Below, in pieces: positions 18,915 to 28,840 of a DNA stretch of 64,000 nucleotides; positions within the stretch are counted from its first letter, which is position 1; the number at the start of each line of letters is the position of its first letter. The notes beneath the pieces were generated by a model. The model was not told the DNA's origin and searched no databases. It saw nothing but the letters and a program-made list of their open reading frames with translations. Origin of the DNA: a virus; IMG/VR virus record IMGVR_UViG_3300046780_000484, positions 1 through 64,000 of that record, one strand, 5' to 3'. A program made the position numbers and the translations under genes.

Positions 18915-19559
18915 ATGGCTGACGAGGCAGCGGACCCTGTTGCGTGGCTCCGCGCTCAGATAGAGGCGGACCTGGCGGCAGCCCGCATCATCAATGCCGG
19001 CGGCTTCTCTCCGCAGCGCTGGGACACTGAGCCGCCGGGGCAGGTGAACCCGGACGACATCCCCCAGAGCGATGCGGTCACCGCCGCTCTCGGCTGCGAC
19101 CCGGAGTACATCTGCGGCTGGGTCCAGATCGTCGCCTACGACAAGCTGAACAACGAGCCAGACGAGGCGTACGGGCGGGACAGCGAAGCCCCGTTCGCCC
19201 TAGTGGACAACGGGCGGCGCGAGTTCGAGCACATCATCCGCCACGACCCGCGCAACGTCGTCGCTGACTGCGAGGCGAAGCTGGCCATCCTGGACGAGCA
19301 CTACATCCTGCGTAGCAGCGACACTAACGAGGCGTACGAGGAGTTCTCCGTGGTCCCGTGGGGAGTCAAGGGCGGTTCAGGCGATCAGGACTCTGGCTGC
19401 GTCACCTGCCACTACTACGGGATGGGCGGCGTGAAGGGCTACGGGATCTGCCGCACCGTCCGCCTTCTCCTCGCCGCCTATAAGCACAGAAGCGGCTACG
19501 ACGAGCGGTGGGGCGCTACCCCGGCAGGTACAGGGTCAGGCCCCTCGGCACCGGCTTAG
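18915..19559 (+). CDS. DUF6221-family protein
   Basis: VAWLRAQIEAD...HIIRHDPRNVVADCEAKLAILD...VRLLLAAY..R.GY...W. Confidence 0.8.
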   Translation: MADEAADPVAWLRAQIEADLAAARIINAGGFSPQRWDTEPPGQVNPDDIPQSDAVTAALGCDPEYICGWVQIVAYDKLNNEPDEAYGRDSEAPFALVDNGRREFEHIIRHDPRNVVADCEAKLAILDEHYILRSSDTNEAYEEFSVVPWGVKGGSGDQDSGCVTCHYYGMGGVKGYGICRTVRLLLAAYKHRSGYDERWGATPAGTGSGPSAPA

Positions 19560-20301
19560 CCGGGTCCACCGTCCCGCTGAACACGCCGTTCAGGTACACC
19601 GCCAGTTCGGCCGGAAGCGGCGACGGGGAGTGCTGAGCGGTCAGCTGGAGGATCACGGCGGCCGTGGTCTTCTGGTCGCCCGCCAGCGTTGCCAGTGATG
19701 ACATGCCTGCCGTGATCCACTGCCGGGGCTGCGTCACCGTTCCTCCTTGGCGGATCGACATCGCGAGGGCGATGATCTTGGGGCGCTGGCCGGCTCGCGG
19801 GCCCGGACCAGGACACGTATGGCCGTCCGGGTTCCAGGCCGGGCCGCCCATGACGTGGGTGCCGTACCCCTTCACTGACGGGGAGTCGGTGACCTGCAGC
19901 GGGAACCCGGCGAAGCGGCTGAGCAACTCCACTAGCTGGGCGCTGGCCGTGATCTGCGCGGCGGTCAGCGGGTTGCGCGGGTTGCCGTCGTCGGCGTGCT
20001 CGATGCCGTACCAGGCCCGGTTCGCGGCGACGGCATGCCAGGCCGCCCATCCTTTCCCGATCGGCCCGAATTGCCAGATCTCGCCGTCCTGGGCGATGCC
20101 GAAGTGGGCCGAGGCCTGCCGCGCCGGGTCGTTGAACACGCCGATCGTGCCGGGCAGGTTTCCGGCCATGGTGTGCATGACCACGCCCATCATGGCACCG
20201 GTCTCGAATGCCCCGTTGACGCACGGGAACGGCTCGTTGTACCTAATGTTCGCCGGACCCGTCACGCGCCCGTCCGCGCTTACGGTGAGCTTGCCGGTCA
20301 T
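19516..20301 (-). CDS. Endolysin, N-acetylmuramoyl-L-alanine amidase
   Basis: VVMHT, SAHF.I, AWHA, GIEH and H...CPG Amidase_2 motifs; LysM-like C-terminus. Confidence 0.9.
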   Translation of the reverse strand: MTGKLTVSADGRVTGPANIRYNEPFPCVNGAFETGAMMGVVMHTMAGNLPGTIGVFNDPARQASAHFGIAQDGEIWQFGPIGKGWAAWHAVAANRAWYGIEHADDGNPRNPLTAAQITASAQLVELLSRFAGFPLQVTDSPSVKGYGTHVMGGPAWNPDGHTCPGPGPRAGQRPKIIALAMSIRQGGTVTQPRQWITAGMSSLATLAGDQKTTAAVILQLTAQHSPSPLPAELAVYLNGVFSGTVDPAKPVPRGLTLYLPG

Positions 20302-20828
20302 GCCGCCCTCCTTCGCTTACGCGCCGCCTGCTGCATCATGTTGTGACACTGCCGACACCTGCGCTCCCTGTAGCCCTTGTGGGTTTTCCAGTAGGTGTTC
20401 TCGGGAGTGAACTCATGGCCGCGCCCGCATGTGGGCGCAAGTTGATGGCGGCTGGTGCCGTGGCGGATCTTGTCCTGCGCGTTCTCGGCGGGAGTGCCCC
20501 ACGCCAGGTTGCTAAGGCGGTTGTTGTGCGGATTGCCGTCGAGATGGCGGACTTGGCAATGCGGCGCTGGACGCGGTTTGTCGAATGCTTCCAGTACCAG
20601 TTCATGCACGTAGCGCTTGGATTCGGTCGCGTTGAGGCAGAGTGTCACGCAGAAGTAGTGACCCTTTGAGCGCTCCCACGGGCGTAGCGCCCCTGCCTTG
20701 CGGCGCCACCCGCGCGCATCAAGCCGGGCAAGCACTCGGACGTTGCCGTGACTGCTGACCTCGTACACGCCCTCATAGCCGGGTACCGGCTTCCAGACTT
20801 CGAGGTCGTCAAAGCTAAGCTGTTCCAC
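20298..20828 (-). CDS. NUMOD4-HNH homing endonuclease
   Basis: WKPVPGYEGVYEVSSHGNVR; VHELV...RHLDGNPHNNRLSNL.W; CGRGHEFTPENT. Confidence 0.92.
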   Translation of the reverse strand: MEQLSFDDLEVWKPVPGYEGVYEVSSHGNVRVLARLDARGWRRKAGALRPWERSKGHYFCVTLCLNATESKRYVHELVLEAFDKPRPAPHCQVRHLDGNPHNNRLSNLAWGTPAENAQDKIRHGTSRHQLAPTCGRGHEFTPENTYWKTHKGYRERRCRQCHNMMQQAARKRRRAA

Positions 20829-21067
20829 GCTGGACCTCTGCTCTTAGCCGGGCAGGTCTGGCGACTGCTCCAGCGGTGTTCCACCACCGCTGGAGCGCCA
20901 GAATTCGTACGCCTATTCTAGCAGATCAGACGGGCCGCGCCGCCCTCGCCGCGTAGTCCCGGTTCCACCGCTCGATGCATCCGGCACACCAGGCGGTGGC
21001 CCGTTCCAGCAGCACATAGGCACCGCAGCGGAAACAGAAGCCGGTCACGTGGCCGCCTCCTTGCTCG

Positions 21068-21466
21068 TCATGTTTCTTCCGTCTTCCCGCTCGCCGTCTT
21101 CCGCATCTCCGTGGCACCCCGCCGGGGCGCCTTCGCGTTCCTCGCGATCGCCCCGAGGGCCTTGATGTCCGCGTGGGCGGATTCGGCTGCCGTGACGGCA
21201 CGCCTCACCTCATCCAGGACCGCGGCGAGGCCTCCGGGGCTGTGAGGGTCCAGCAGGCCGGCGTGGGCGTCGAGCCGGGCGCGGATCTCGTCCAGTTCGC
21301 CTCCGTGGCCGAAATGCCTCTTCCACCAGCCAGCGCAGGCACGGCCGATGTGATCCCTGAACAGGAACGCGAACAGGGCGGCGATGAGGCCGCACACGGG
21401 CATCGCGATGACGTTGCTCCAGGCCCCCCCGCCGGGCCACGCGAAGAAAAGCCAGAAGGTGCGCAC
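21068..21466 (-). CDS. Membrane protein (lysis module)
   Basis: N-terminal TM segment followed by a coiled-coil. Confidence 0.6.
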   Translation of the reverse strand: MRTFWLFFAWPGGGAWSNVIAMPVCGLIAALFAFLFRDHIGRACAGWWKRHFGHGGELDEIRARLDAHAGLLDPHSPGGLAAVLDEVRRAVTAAESAHADIKALGAIARNAKAPRRGATEMRKTASGKTEET

Positions 21467-21476
21467 GGGGGGCGGC

Positions 21477-21644
21477 CTAGCCTCTTCGTTCCCACGGCGG
21501 CCAGGATGCGCCGGCCAGTACGGCGCAGCACAGCCCGGCGGCGATGAGGGTGACGGGGTGCAGCCACGCCGTCGAAGGGTGGATGGCGCCGCCCGAGATC
21601 AGGAAGGCGATGAAGAACAGGGCCGCAGCGAGCCACGCGAACAT
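21477..21644 (-). CDS. Small two-TM membrane protein (holin candidate)
   Basis: MFAWLAAALFFIAFLISG...VTLIAAGLCCAVLAG; RBS GAGG. Confidence 0.6.
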   Translation of the reverse strand: MFAWLAAALFFIAFLISGGAIHPSTAWLHPVTLIAAGLCCAVLAGASWPPWERRG

Positions 21645-21648
21645 CGCC

Positions 21649-22080
21649 TCACCCCTTTCTTCCGAGGTGCGCGCAGTCCCTCGGGTGGAAGATCGACTTC
21701 ACGTAGACGCCGAAGGCGCTGATCTCCTGCTGCTGCGCCTTCGTCCTCGGCGGCGACCCGGGCGCCCGGGGAAGGGTAAGCAGGTGTGTCCAGAGCGTGA
21801 CCTGCTGAGCCCTGGCGGCGTTCCCCGCCGTGCACAGGGCCAGTTCGGACTGCTTCGCCGCCGCCGCCGCCGTGTTCGCGTCGTGGGCCTGCACGGCGAC
21901 GATCGCGATGGTCACGGTGAGCACCAGATCCAGGATGATCGAGATGATCAGCCCCCAGATCATGCGCCTGTTCCGGTGCCCGTAGGCGGCGAGGCGCTGG
22001 AGTTCGGCTGTCATGTCCGTCAGGGCCCCGGTGAGGCCCTTCGCTGCCGCCAGCGCCTCGGAGTCCCCTGGCACGGTCAC
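21649..22080 (-). CDS. Membrane protein
   Basis: IWGLIISIILDLVLTVTIAIVAV TM helix; two Cys. Confidence 0.7.
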   Translation of the reverse strand: MTVPGDSEALAAAKGLTGALTDMTAELQRLAAYGHRNRRMIWGLIISIILDLVLTVTIAIVAVQAHDANTAAAAAKQSELALCTAGNAARAQQVTLWTHLLTLPRAPGSPPRTKAQQQEISAFGVYVKSIFHPRDCAHLGRKG

Positions 22081-22229
22081 GGTGCTACCAGCCTCTCGTC
22101 GTCCTCGCCGCCGGGAGGGTCCGGCCGCGTCAGGATCGCGCTGAGCGCGTCCACGTTGTCGCGGAGCTCGCCGAGGAGCGCGTCGAGCTGCGCGGCTACT
22201 CTCGCGATCTCCGTGTCCTTGGCGCTCAC
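22077..22229 (-). CDS. Small coiled-coil protein
   Basis: GTGA coupling on both sides. Confidence 0.5.
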   Translation of the reverse strand: MSAKDTEIARVAAQLDALLGELRDNVDALSAILTRPDPPGGEDDERLVAP

Positions 22230-22483
22230 GGGTCGTCCTCGTCCCCGGTGAGGCCCGCCAGCTTGCCGAGCAGGTAGGACACCTGCTCGGCGTGGCGGAG
22301 GGCGTCGCGGGCCAGGGCGCGGATCTCGTCGGCGGTCATCTCGGTGCCCTTCGCCGCGGCTGATGTCAGCAGGGACCCGATCTCGGTGGCGCCGGGGGTG
22401 AGCGCGGCGCGTTCCCGGATGCGGGCTACCATCTCGCGCGTCTCCTCGGAGATCCCGTCATCCCCGCCCGGTTCCTCGCTCAT
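22226..22483 (-). CDS. Hypothetical protein
   Basis: RBS GGGAGG; coupled ORF. Confidence 0.55.
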   Translation of the reverse strand: MSEEPGGDDGISEETREMVARIRERAALTPGATEIGSLLTSAAAKGTEMTADEIRALARDALRHAEQVSYLLGKLAGLTGDEDDP

Positions 22484-22841
22484 GGCCCTCCCGCCGGGTG
22501 ACCAGTTCCTGAAGCAGCGGCAGCAGGGCCCCGGTGGTGGCGGTGAACTGGACCAGCAGCGGGACCAGCTGCACTTGCGCGATCTTCAGGGCGTCGTCGC
22601 GCTGCTCCTCGGCGCGGGTTTTCTCGGTGATCAGGCGCTCGTTCTCGGCGACGAGATCCCTGCGTGCCTGCTCCTTGGCCTCGTCGACGGCGGAGCGGGG
22701 GACGATGAACCGGAACGCGAACGCCAGCGCGATGATCCCGATCGGCCCGTAGCCCAGGATGTAGCTGACGATGCTCCCGGCCGCCGTGTCAACGGGGGAG
22801 ACGTTGGCGGAGAGGGTGGCGATCAGCGCCCACGATGGCAA
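22458..22841 (-). CDS. Holin-like membrane protein
   Basis: YGPIGIIALAFAFRFIVPR followed by a coiled-coil. Confidence 0.6.
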   Translation of the reverse strand: MPSWALIATLSANVSPVDTAAGSIVSYILGYGPIGIIALAFAFRFIVPRSAVDEAKEQARRDLVAENERLITEKTRAEEQRDDALKIAQVQLVPLLVQFTATTGALLPLLQELVTRREGHERGTGRG

Positions 22842-22892
22842 CTCATCCCCCTTCGCGCAGGTCAGGACACTCGGAAGGGGGAGCTGCGGGCG

Positions 22893-23081
22893 TCATAGCA
22901 GAGTCAGCTCCGATGGGCGAAAGCTAGCCGGGGGCCTCCCGTCCAGGTTCACAATCACTACCGCGTTAGAGCCCGTGCCCCGCACGAACCTGATCGAGCC
23001 GCGGCGGTGCGGTGCGGCGTTCTCCTGGACCCGGCGGCCGATCTTCCAGAGTTGCCGGAAGGTTGCCGCTGAGGTGGCCAC
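22893..23081 (-). CDS. Small hypothetical protein
   Basis: 62-aa ORF directly after the tail gene. Confidence 0.45.
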   Translation of the reverse strand: MATSAATFRQLWKIGRRVQENAAPHRRGSIRFVRGTGSNAVVIVNLDGRPPASFRPSELTLL

Positions 23082-23084
23082 GGC

Positions 23085-26000
23085 TCAGCTCCAGTACGAA
23101 CTCGGCTCGAAATCTGCTTGCAGCACGACCGACGCCTCGGCGGGTTCCCTGTCGTCGCCGAACCGGATAACCCGCTTGACGTTCGATATCCGGAAGGTTC
23201 CCGTGATCCCGCCGCCGCCGATCTGCCAGTTCTGGACGGTCACGACGTCTCCGACATTGATCCCTAGCACCAGTGGCCAGGCTGCCGGGTAGGCGGCGGC
23301 GTCGATCCGGAGGTTGTCGACGCGGATCTGGACCTGCCCGAAGTTGGACAGGATCCAGTCGGCCTGCGACTGCTGCCCCGTCGCGGACTGGAGGTAGGAG
23401 TTGACCTGCCTGGGCTGCGCGCCGTATTGCGCTTGTGACGCGTTCGCTGATGTCGCGTTCGAGGGGGTGATGTCGGCGAGGCTCGCCCCGTCAGGAGAAA
23501 AGGGGGTGATGAGGATGGCGTTCCATACCCGCTGCGGGTCGGCGAGCCACCGGTAGCCTTCCCGGTAGTAGGGGTAGGCCGTCAGTGTCGCGCCCGGGGT
23601 GGGCGGGGACTGCGGGGTGATCGTCCACACCGGGGAGGCGTACTGCGCCGCGAGGTGGGATTTCTGCCAGTACGTCAGGTTGCCGAGGTTGTCGATGAAC
23701 ATCAGCCCGCCATCGCTCTGGGCGATGTTCTCCAGGTTCTGCCCGGTCTGCTGCCCGCCGATGTCGGTGGCGGCCTGCACCGGCAGGGGGGCGGGGTCGA
23801 TGCACCGGCCCGGGTAGGTGGCCTGGCCGTACCCCAGGATCCGCTCGAGCCGCTGGGCCACCGTGTCGCCGAGGGCGGACGCGGAAGCCGGGGGGGATGC
23901 CCCGGTCCCGCCGCTGACCTGGCACTTCCCGGCACCGGAAGCGCCCGCCCCGTAACCGGAGGAAAACGAGTCCCCCGCCCCGGCCACGACAGCGGCTAGC
24001 GTCTCGGTCCCGTGGCCGGTCGCGGTGTACACGTTGAACTGCGCCGCGGCCCCGTTCCACCCGACCCACGCCCAGGTGTTCAGGGTGTAGTTCACGGTGG
24101 TCGCCCACGCGGACGGCCCGGAGCTGAAACCTCCGACGACCGACGTGGCAACCGCCGAGTACGTGACCGTAGCGCTGCCGAAGCCGCCCGAGTACGTGCC
24201 GGTGTCGATGCTGCCGTCCGGCGCAAAGGTGGTGTTGCTGGCCGCCGACCCGGGGGACAGCGTGACAGCGACCGCCTGAGGGGCGGGCACGATCCCGAAC
24301 GCGGTCATGGCGGCGCAGTAGCGGGCCAGGATCCGCCAGGCGGGCAGCCGGGACGGGTAGACGGCCAGGTGGGAGAAGGACGCGTTGCCGCCGTGGACGA
24401 GGCCGGTGCCGGCGCTGGAGCCGCCGCTGGCGCCCAGGTCGCCGTTGGCTATGAGCCAGGTCCACGCCGAGGTCATGCCCGCGGCGGTGCCGGATACGAC
24501 GGCGGTGACGCCGCCGTTCACGTACACCGTCCAGGCGGTCGCGGTCATGGTGACGGCGATGTGCCACCAGGAGTCCGACCGCATGTCGGAAGCCGTGTAG
24601 ATAGAGTGGCTGGTGGGGGTCGCGCCGCTGTAGGTGATGAAGTTCAGGTGCCCGCTGAGGTCCAGCTGGAGGATGGCGACGGGGTTCGACCCGGTGGCCA
24701 GCTCCCACAGGGTCAGGGCAGTGTAAGGCTGCTGGCAGATGACGATATCGACCTGGCCGGCTCCGGTCGTGGCGGAGGCGCTGCCGCCGAAGAACTGGTA
24801 GTTGAACCATCCCTCGACCGTCACCCCCGCCGACAGCGGCGGGAAGCCCGTGTCGTTGCAGATCAGGACGAAGCCGTAGGACCCTGTGTTACCCAGCTGG
24901 CCGCTGGCCTGCCAGGACGCCGAACCAGGGTTGGACGTGACCGGGTTAGATGTCTGGTATGACGCGGGGCCGCTCTGCGGGTCGCCGTACATCCACCCGG
25001 CGTTCGCCGCGAACGCCTCCCCGGCGATGGACGGGAGGAGGGTGGGGGCGGTGACGGCGTTGCCGTTGACGCCGTACTGGTTCTGCGCGGTCGCCCCGTT
25101 CGGGGACAGGACCACGTTGAGGACATTCGTGTTGCCCTGCGCCGAGTTCCGCAGCGACGCGGGCAGCACCCCCCCGGTAAGGGGCTGGTCGTCCATCGGC
25201 CACCACGCGTACGGGGAGTCCTGGTACACCTCTCCCCGGTACGGGGAGGGGCCGGAGGCGGACAGGACGGACCAGATGTCGGTCCCGGTCCCGGTGATGT
25301 ACCGGCGGTAGGCGGGGTCGATCTGCTGCGGCCATTCCTGCATGTTCCGGCTGATGACGTACCAGCGGTTCACGGTAACGCCGCCGATGACGCCGAGCGC
25401 CGCGCGGATCCGGAGCGGGGTGCCGGTCACCAGGTCCGGGTAGTACGGGGATGAGGGGTTGTCGCTGGACAGGTGGGCGTCGAAGTTGTCGAGTTCCATT
25501 TCCAGGTTGGTGGCCTGGATGCTGCCGAGCTGGTACTGGATGCCGGTGGTCTCGTCCCAGGACCACAGCCGGGACGACAGGTCGGTCCAGGTGAGCTGAT
25601 CCGGGGGGGTCTGGAACCCGCCGCCGAGCGCCGCCTCGAACTTCAGGTACGGCCAGGCCGGGTTGTTCGCCGCCGGGATCGGGGAGGATCCGGTGACGCG
25701 GACCTGGAGGATCACCCCGGACAGGTCCGATGCGGCCGAGGCGGTCCCGGTCACCGAGATCGACCCCGACGTGGACGGCAGGAACGCGGATGTGAGCACC
25801 GCGTCGCAGGTGTTATCCGAGCCATTGGTCACGCTCACCGCGGACAGCGCCGTCCACGAGGCGGGCGCGAACGCCTGCGTCACGGCCGTGGTGTCGCCGC
25901 AGACGCACGCGATGGTGAACGCCTGCACGCCCGGGGCTGACAGCGACAGGCCCAGGGAGGTGGCGGCGGCACTGTAGTTCGTGCCGACCCCGGTCACCGT

Positions 26001-27263
26001 GTCCCACGGGCCCAGCCCGGCGATTTCCACGATGAGGCACGCCTGGCCCGCCTGGACGCCATCCGGGGCCACGTACACGTTGCCGGGGGCGCTGGCGAGG
26101 TTCGGGGTGTACCAGATGGAGCAGCGGGAGTCCCCTGCCTGGGACGACACGGCCCACGTGGAGGTGGTCTCGTCGCCGGGCCGCCAGAACGAGTGAATGT
26201 CGTCCGCGTCGGCGACCGTGGACGCGGGCAGCCCGTCCTGGTTCCACCCGGTCAGGCAGAACAGCCAGTTTCCCGCCGTCGGCGTGCCTGAGCCCCCGCC
26301 GACGGAACTGGCGGGGGTCAGCGACACGACGAGGCTCTGCAGCCTGGGGGGGGTCGTGCCGAACGAGGGCGGCTGGACGAAATCGGCGGCCCACTGGTTC
26401 ACGCAGGCCGGGGCCGGGAGGCCGCCTGCGGCAGACAGGGTGCCGACGCCGGTCAGGGTGGCGGTGACCGCCTGGGTGGCGCCCGCCGTCAGGGTGCCGG
26501 CGCCTGCGAGGGTGGCGTTGCCCGCGCCGGCCCGCACGGCGGACAGCGTGCCGACGCCGGCGAGGGTGGCGTCGCCCGCCGGGCCGCCCTGCGCCGTCAG
26601 GGTGCCGACCCCGGTCAGGGTGGCGGTCCCGGCGGCAGGCGCGGAGTAGATCAGGGTGATCTGCCCGCCGTTGCCGGACCCGGCGGACCCGTTCAGGGTC
26701 GAGGTGGACCCGCCGCCGCCGCCGCCCGCACCCGGGGAGCCGCCCGCCGACCCGGCGTTGCCGGGGCCGCCGCCGTTACCGCCGGCCGCCCCTCCGCCCG
26801 AGCCGGCGGTGCCGCCGGTCCCGCCGACGCTGGTCCCGCCGGTACTGCCGGCGCCGCCGGCCCCGGAAGCCCCGCCGGAACCGCCGCCCCCGCCGCCGCC
26901 CCGGTTCCCGGTGCCGGTGGACCCGCCGCCGCCCTGCCCGCCCGCCTTGGCGATCGTGTTACTGCCAGCGGTCCCGCCGGACGAACTGGTCGCGGCGTGG
27001 GCGGTGACGGTTACGCTGTCGCCGGGGAAACTCGTGGAGGTACCGGAGTTCGCCGCCCCGATGGTGAAGTTGTAGACGTTCCCCGGGGTGACCGCGAGGG
27101 TGGTCTCCTCGGCGTAGGCACCGCCGCCGCCGCCGTCGCCGGCCCGGGAGTTGTGCAGCCCGCCCGTGCCGTTAGCGCCCGCCCCCCAGCCCTGGCAGTC
27201 CACGCTCGTGACGCCGGCGGGGGCGGTCCACGAGCCGCTGGAGGTGAAAACTACGGTGGTGAT
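23085..27263 (-). CDS. Large minor tail protein (Gly-rich N-terminus, LamG/concanavalin-like domain)
   Basis: TTVVFTSSGSWTAPAGVTSVDCQGWGAG glycine-rich start; PYAWWPMDD, TVEGWF, WWHIAVT and VYVNG LamG motifs; actinophage tail-tip C-terminus. The probable start is ATC at 27263 (ORF track starts at 27203). Confidence 0.85.
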   Translation of the reverse strand: MTTVVFTSSGSWTAPAGVTSVDCQGWGAGANGTGGLHNSRAGDGGGGGAYAEETTLAVTPGNVYNFTIGAANSGTSTSFPGDSVTVTAHAATSSSGGTAGSNTIAKAGGQGGGGSTGTGNRGGGGGGGSGGASGAGGAGSTGGTSVGGTGGTAGSGGGAAGGNGGGPGNAGSAGGSPGAGGGGGGSTSTLNGSAGSGNGGQITLIYSAPAAGTATLTGVGTLTAQGGPAGDATLAGVGTLSAVRAGAGNATLAGAGTLTAGATQAVTATLTGVGTLSAAGGLPAPACVNQWAADFVQPPSFGTTPPRLQSLVVSLTPASSVGGGSGTPTAGNWLFCLTGWNQDGLPASTVADADDIHSFWRPGDETTSTWAVSSQAGDSRCSIWYTPNLASAPGNVYVAPDGVQAGQACLIVEIAGLGPWDTVTGVGTNYSAAATSLGLSLSAPGVQAFTIACVCGDTTAVTQAFAPASWTALSAVSVTNGSDNTCDAVLTSAFLPSTSGSISVTGTASAASDLSGVILQVRVTGSSPIPAANNPAWPYLKFEAALGGGFQTPPDQLTWTDLSSRLWSWDETTGIQYQLGSIQATNLEMELDNFDAHLSSDNPSSPYYPDLVTGTPLRIRAALGVIGGVTVNRWYVISRNMQEWPQQIDPAYRRYITGTGTDIWSVLSASGPSPYRGEVYQDSPYAWWPMDDQPLTGGVLPASLRNSAQGNTNVLNVVLSPNGATAQNQYGVNGNAVTAPTLLPSIAGEAFAANAGWMYGDPQSGPASYQTSNPVTSNPGSASWQASGQLGNTGSYGFVLICNDTGFPPLSAGVTVEGWFNYQFFGGSASATTGAGQVDIVICQQPYTALTLWELATGSNPVAILQLDLSGHLNFITYSGATPTSHSIYTASDMRSDSWWHIAVTMTATAWTVYVNGGVTAVVSGTAAGMTSAWTWLIANGDLGASGGSSAGTGLVHGGNASFSHLAVYPSRLPAWRILARYCAAMTAFGIVPAPQAVAVTLSPGSAASNTTFAPDGSIDTGTYSGGFGSATVTYSAVATSVVGGFSSGPSAWATTVNYTLNTWAWVGWNGAAAQFNVYTATGHGTETLAAVVAGAGDSFSSGYGAGASGAGKCQVSGGTGASPPASASALGDTVAQRLERILGYGQATYPGRCIDPAPLPVQAATDIGGQQTGQNLENIAQSDGGLMFIDNLGNLTYWQKSHLAAQYASPVWTITPQSPPTPGATLTAYPYYREGYRWLADPQRVWNAILITPFSPDGASLADITPSNATSANASQAQYGAQPRQVNSYLQSATGQQSQADWILSNFGQVQIRVDNLRIDAAAYPAAWPLVLGINVGDVVTVQNWQIGGGGITGTFRISNVKRVIRFGDDREPAEASVVLQADFEPSSYWS

Positions 27264-27325
27264 GAGATCACCGCCCCGCCGGCTACTTCACGCCAACTTG
27301 GATAACTGGCCGGAAACGGGGCAGG

Positions 27326-27730
27326 CTATACGAGGCTGTACGCCGCGCCGGCTGCTGCGACCTGGAACGTATTGCCGTTCGCCACAGATACCGGCTGCCC
27401 GGTCCAGGACCCGTAAAGATGCCGCAGCGGCGTCCCCGCCGTGTCCCAGATCTCCAGGCCCACGATGCTCCAGGTACTGCCGGAGTTCGTCCACGACACC
27501 GACCCGGCGTTACTCGTGGCCCCGGCCGACGCGGCGTTCCACGTGATGGTGGACCCGCCCGTCGTGTACCCGCTGCCGCCGCCCAGTTCCGTCATGTTGG
27601 ACGTCGCTGTCGGCGCGGTGGTCCCGAGGCGGATCTTGGTCGCGGCGACCGTCGTGTACGCCACGTTGCGGAGCTGGGCGTTGATGATGTTGTTCGCGTC
27701 GGTCTGATCAATCGCTCCCAACGTGGCCAC
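27326..27730 (-). CDS. Minor tail/fibre-associated protein
   Basis: IRLGTTAPT...ELGGGSGY....ITW..AS.G...N....W.......GLEIWD. Confidence 0.75.
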   Translation of the reverse strand: MATLGAIDQTDANNIINAQLRNVAYTTVAATKIRLGTTAPTATSNMTELGGGSGYTTGGSTITWNAASAGATSNAGSVSWTNSGSTWSIVGLEIWDTAGTPLRHLYGSWTGQPVSVANGNTFQVAAAGAAYSLV

Positions 27731-27770
27731 CTGCCTCGCTTGCTAAAGGTTTGCTGATAGAATTTCAAGC

Positions 27771-28523
27771 GTGACCAAAGCCATTTGCGCAGTTGACGAC
27801 TGCGACAAGATAGCGATTGCGCGCGGGTGGTGCGCCAGGCACTACCAGAGCTGGAAGAAGTACAGTGACCCGGTAAAGAGCACCCTGCGGCAGGCAGATT
27901 TCACATGCTCGGCAGATGGCTGCGACAGCCCCGCGAAGACCACGGGCTTGTGCATAAAGCACTACACGCGCCAACTGCGGAACGGTGACCCGCTCGCGGT
28001 TCAGTACATCCGGGGGGACGACCGCGCCCGGTTCGAGTCCTACGTGGACCGCTCGGAAGGCCCGGACGCCTGCCATCCGTGGACCGGGGGGCAGTGCACG
28101 GGCGGTTACGGCCAGATCAGCATCAAGGGCGCACTGCAACTGGTGCACATCGCGGCCTGGGAGTTCGAGCGCGGCCCGAAGCCCCTAGGAACGGACATCG
28201 ACCACGAGTGCCACAATCAAGCCATCCGCGATGGCGCCTGCAAGCCGGGAATCTGCCCGCACCGGCTCTGCTGCAACGCCGCGCACCTGATCTCAAGGAC
28301 GCGGCGAGAACACGCCGATGCCACGGAGTGCTCATACCGCACGCGAGGCAGCCGCGTGAATACCGCTAAGGTGACCGAAACTCAGGTGCAGGAAATCCGC
28401 AGGCTGCTGGCAGCGGACGTCATGCCGCAGATCCGCATTGCCGAGTTGTATGACATCAGCCCGAACGCGATCTCCCGTATCAAGCTCGGGCAGACGTGGA
28501 CGTGGCTTCCCCCGGAGCCGTGA
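27771..28523 (+). CDS. HNH homing endonuclease (opposite strand)
   Basis: Two CxxxxC...GxCxxHY repeats, CHPWTG, VHIAAW, IDHECHN...CCNAAHL and a C-terminal HTH; TAGAAT -10 box 7 nt upstream. Confidence 0.9.
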   Translation: MTKAICAVDDCDKIAIARGWCARHYQSWKKYSDPVKSTLRQADFTCSADGCDSPAKTTGLCIKHYTRQLRNGDPLAVQYIRGDDRARFESYVDRSEGPDACHPWTGGQCTGGYGQISIKGALQLVHIAAWEFERGPKPLGTDIDHECHNQAIRDGACKPGICPHRLCCNAAHLISRTRREHADATECSYRTRGSRVNTAKVTETQVQEIRRLLAADVMPQIRIAELYDISPNAISRIKLGQTWTWLPPEP

Positions 28524-28787
28524 TCAGCCCCCCGTCACATGCACGGGCCCCGCGGGACCCACGGTGATCGTCACCGGCCGGCCGGTCGCATCCCCGGTCT
28601 CCCGGACATGGGCGACGTGCTGCTCGTGCGTGTGGCCGCGTGTCGAGCAGCAGCCCTCGACACTGCCCCCCGGCTCCCCGTCCGGGGTTTCGCACCGCAC
28701 TGCGGCGTCCAGGTCACCCGGCCCGGTCTGGTCCGTGAATCCGTACGCTCCGCAGTTGTCGCATTGCACGTGGAAGACGAGCGGCAT
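28524..28787 (-). CDS. Small Cys/His-rich protein
   Basis: RBS GGAGGT; CDNCG, CC...H.H. Confidence 0.6.
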   Translation of the reverse strand: MPLVFHVQCDNCGAYGFTDQTGPGDLDAAVRCETPDGEPGGSVEGCCSTRGHTHEQHVAHVRETGDATGRPVTITVGPAGPVHVTGG

Positions 28788-28840
28788 GGCACCTCCGGGC
28801 AGGGCGTGGTGAGGGGGGCGTGGAAACGCGGAGACAGCGG

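Noticed and set aside
26400-26940. Tandem GC-rich repeats in the large tail gene
   Set aside because: They encode Gly-rich and ATLxGxGTLxA peptide repeats, which are ordinary for tail proteins.
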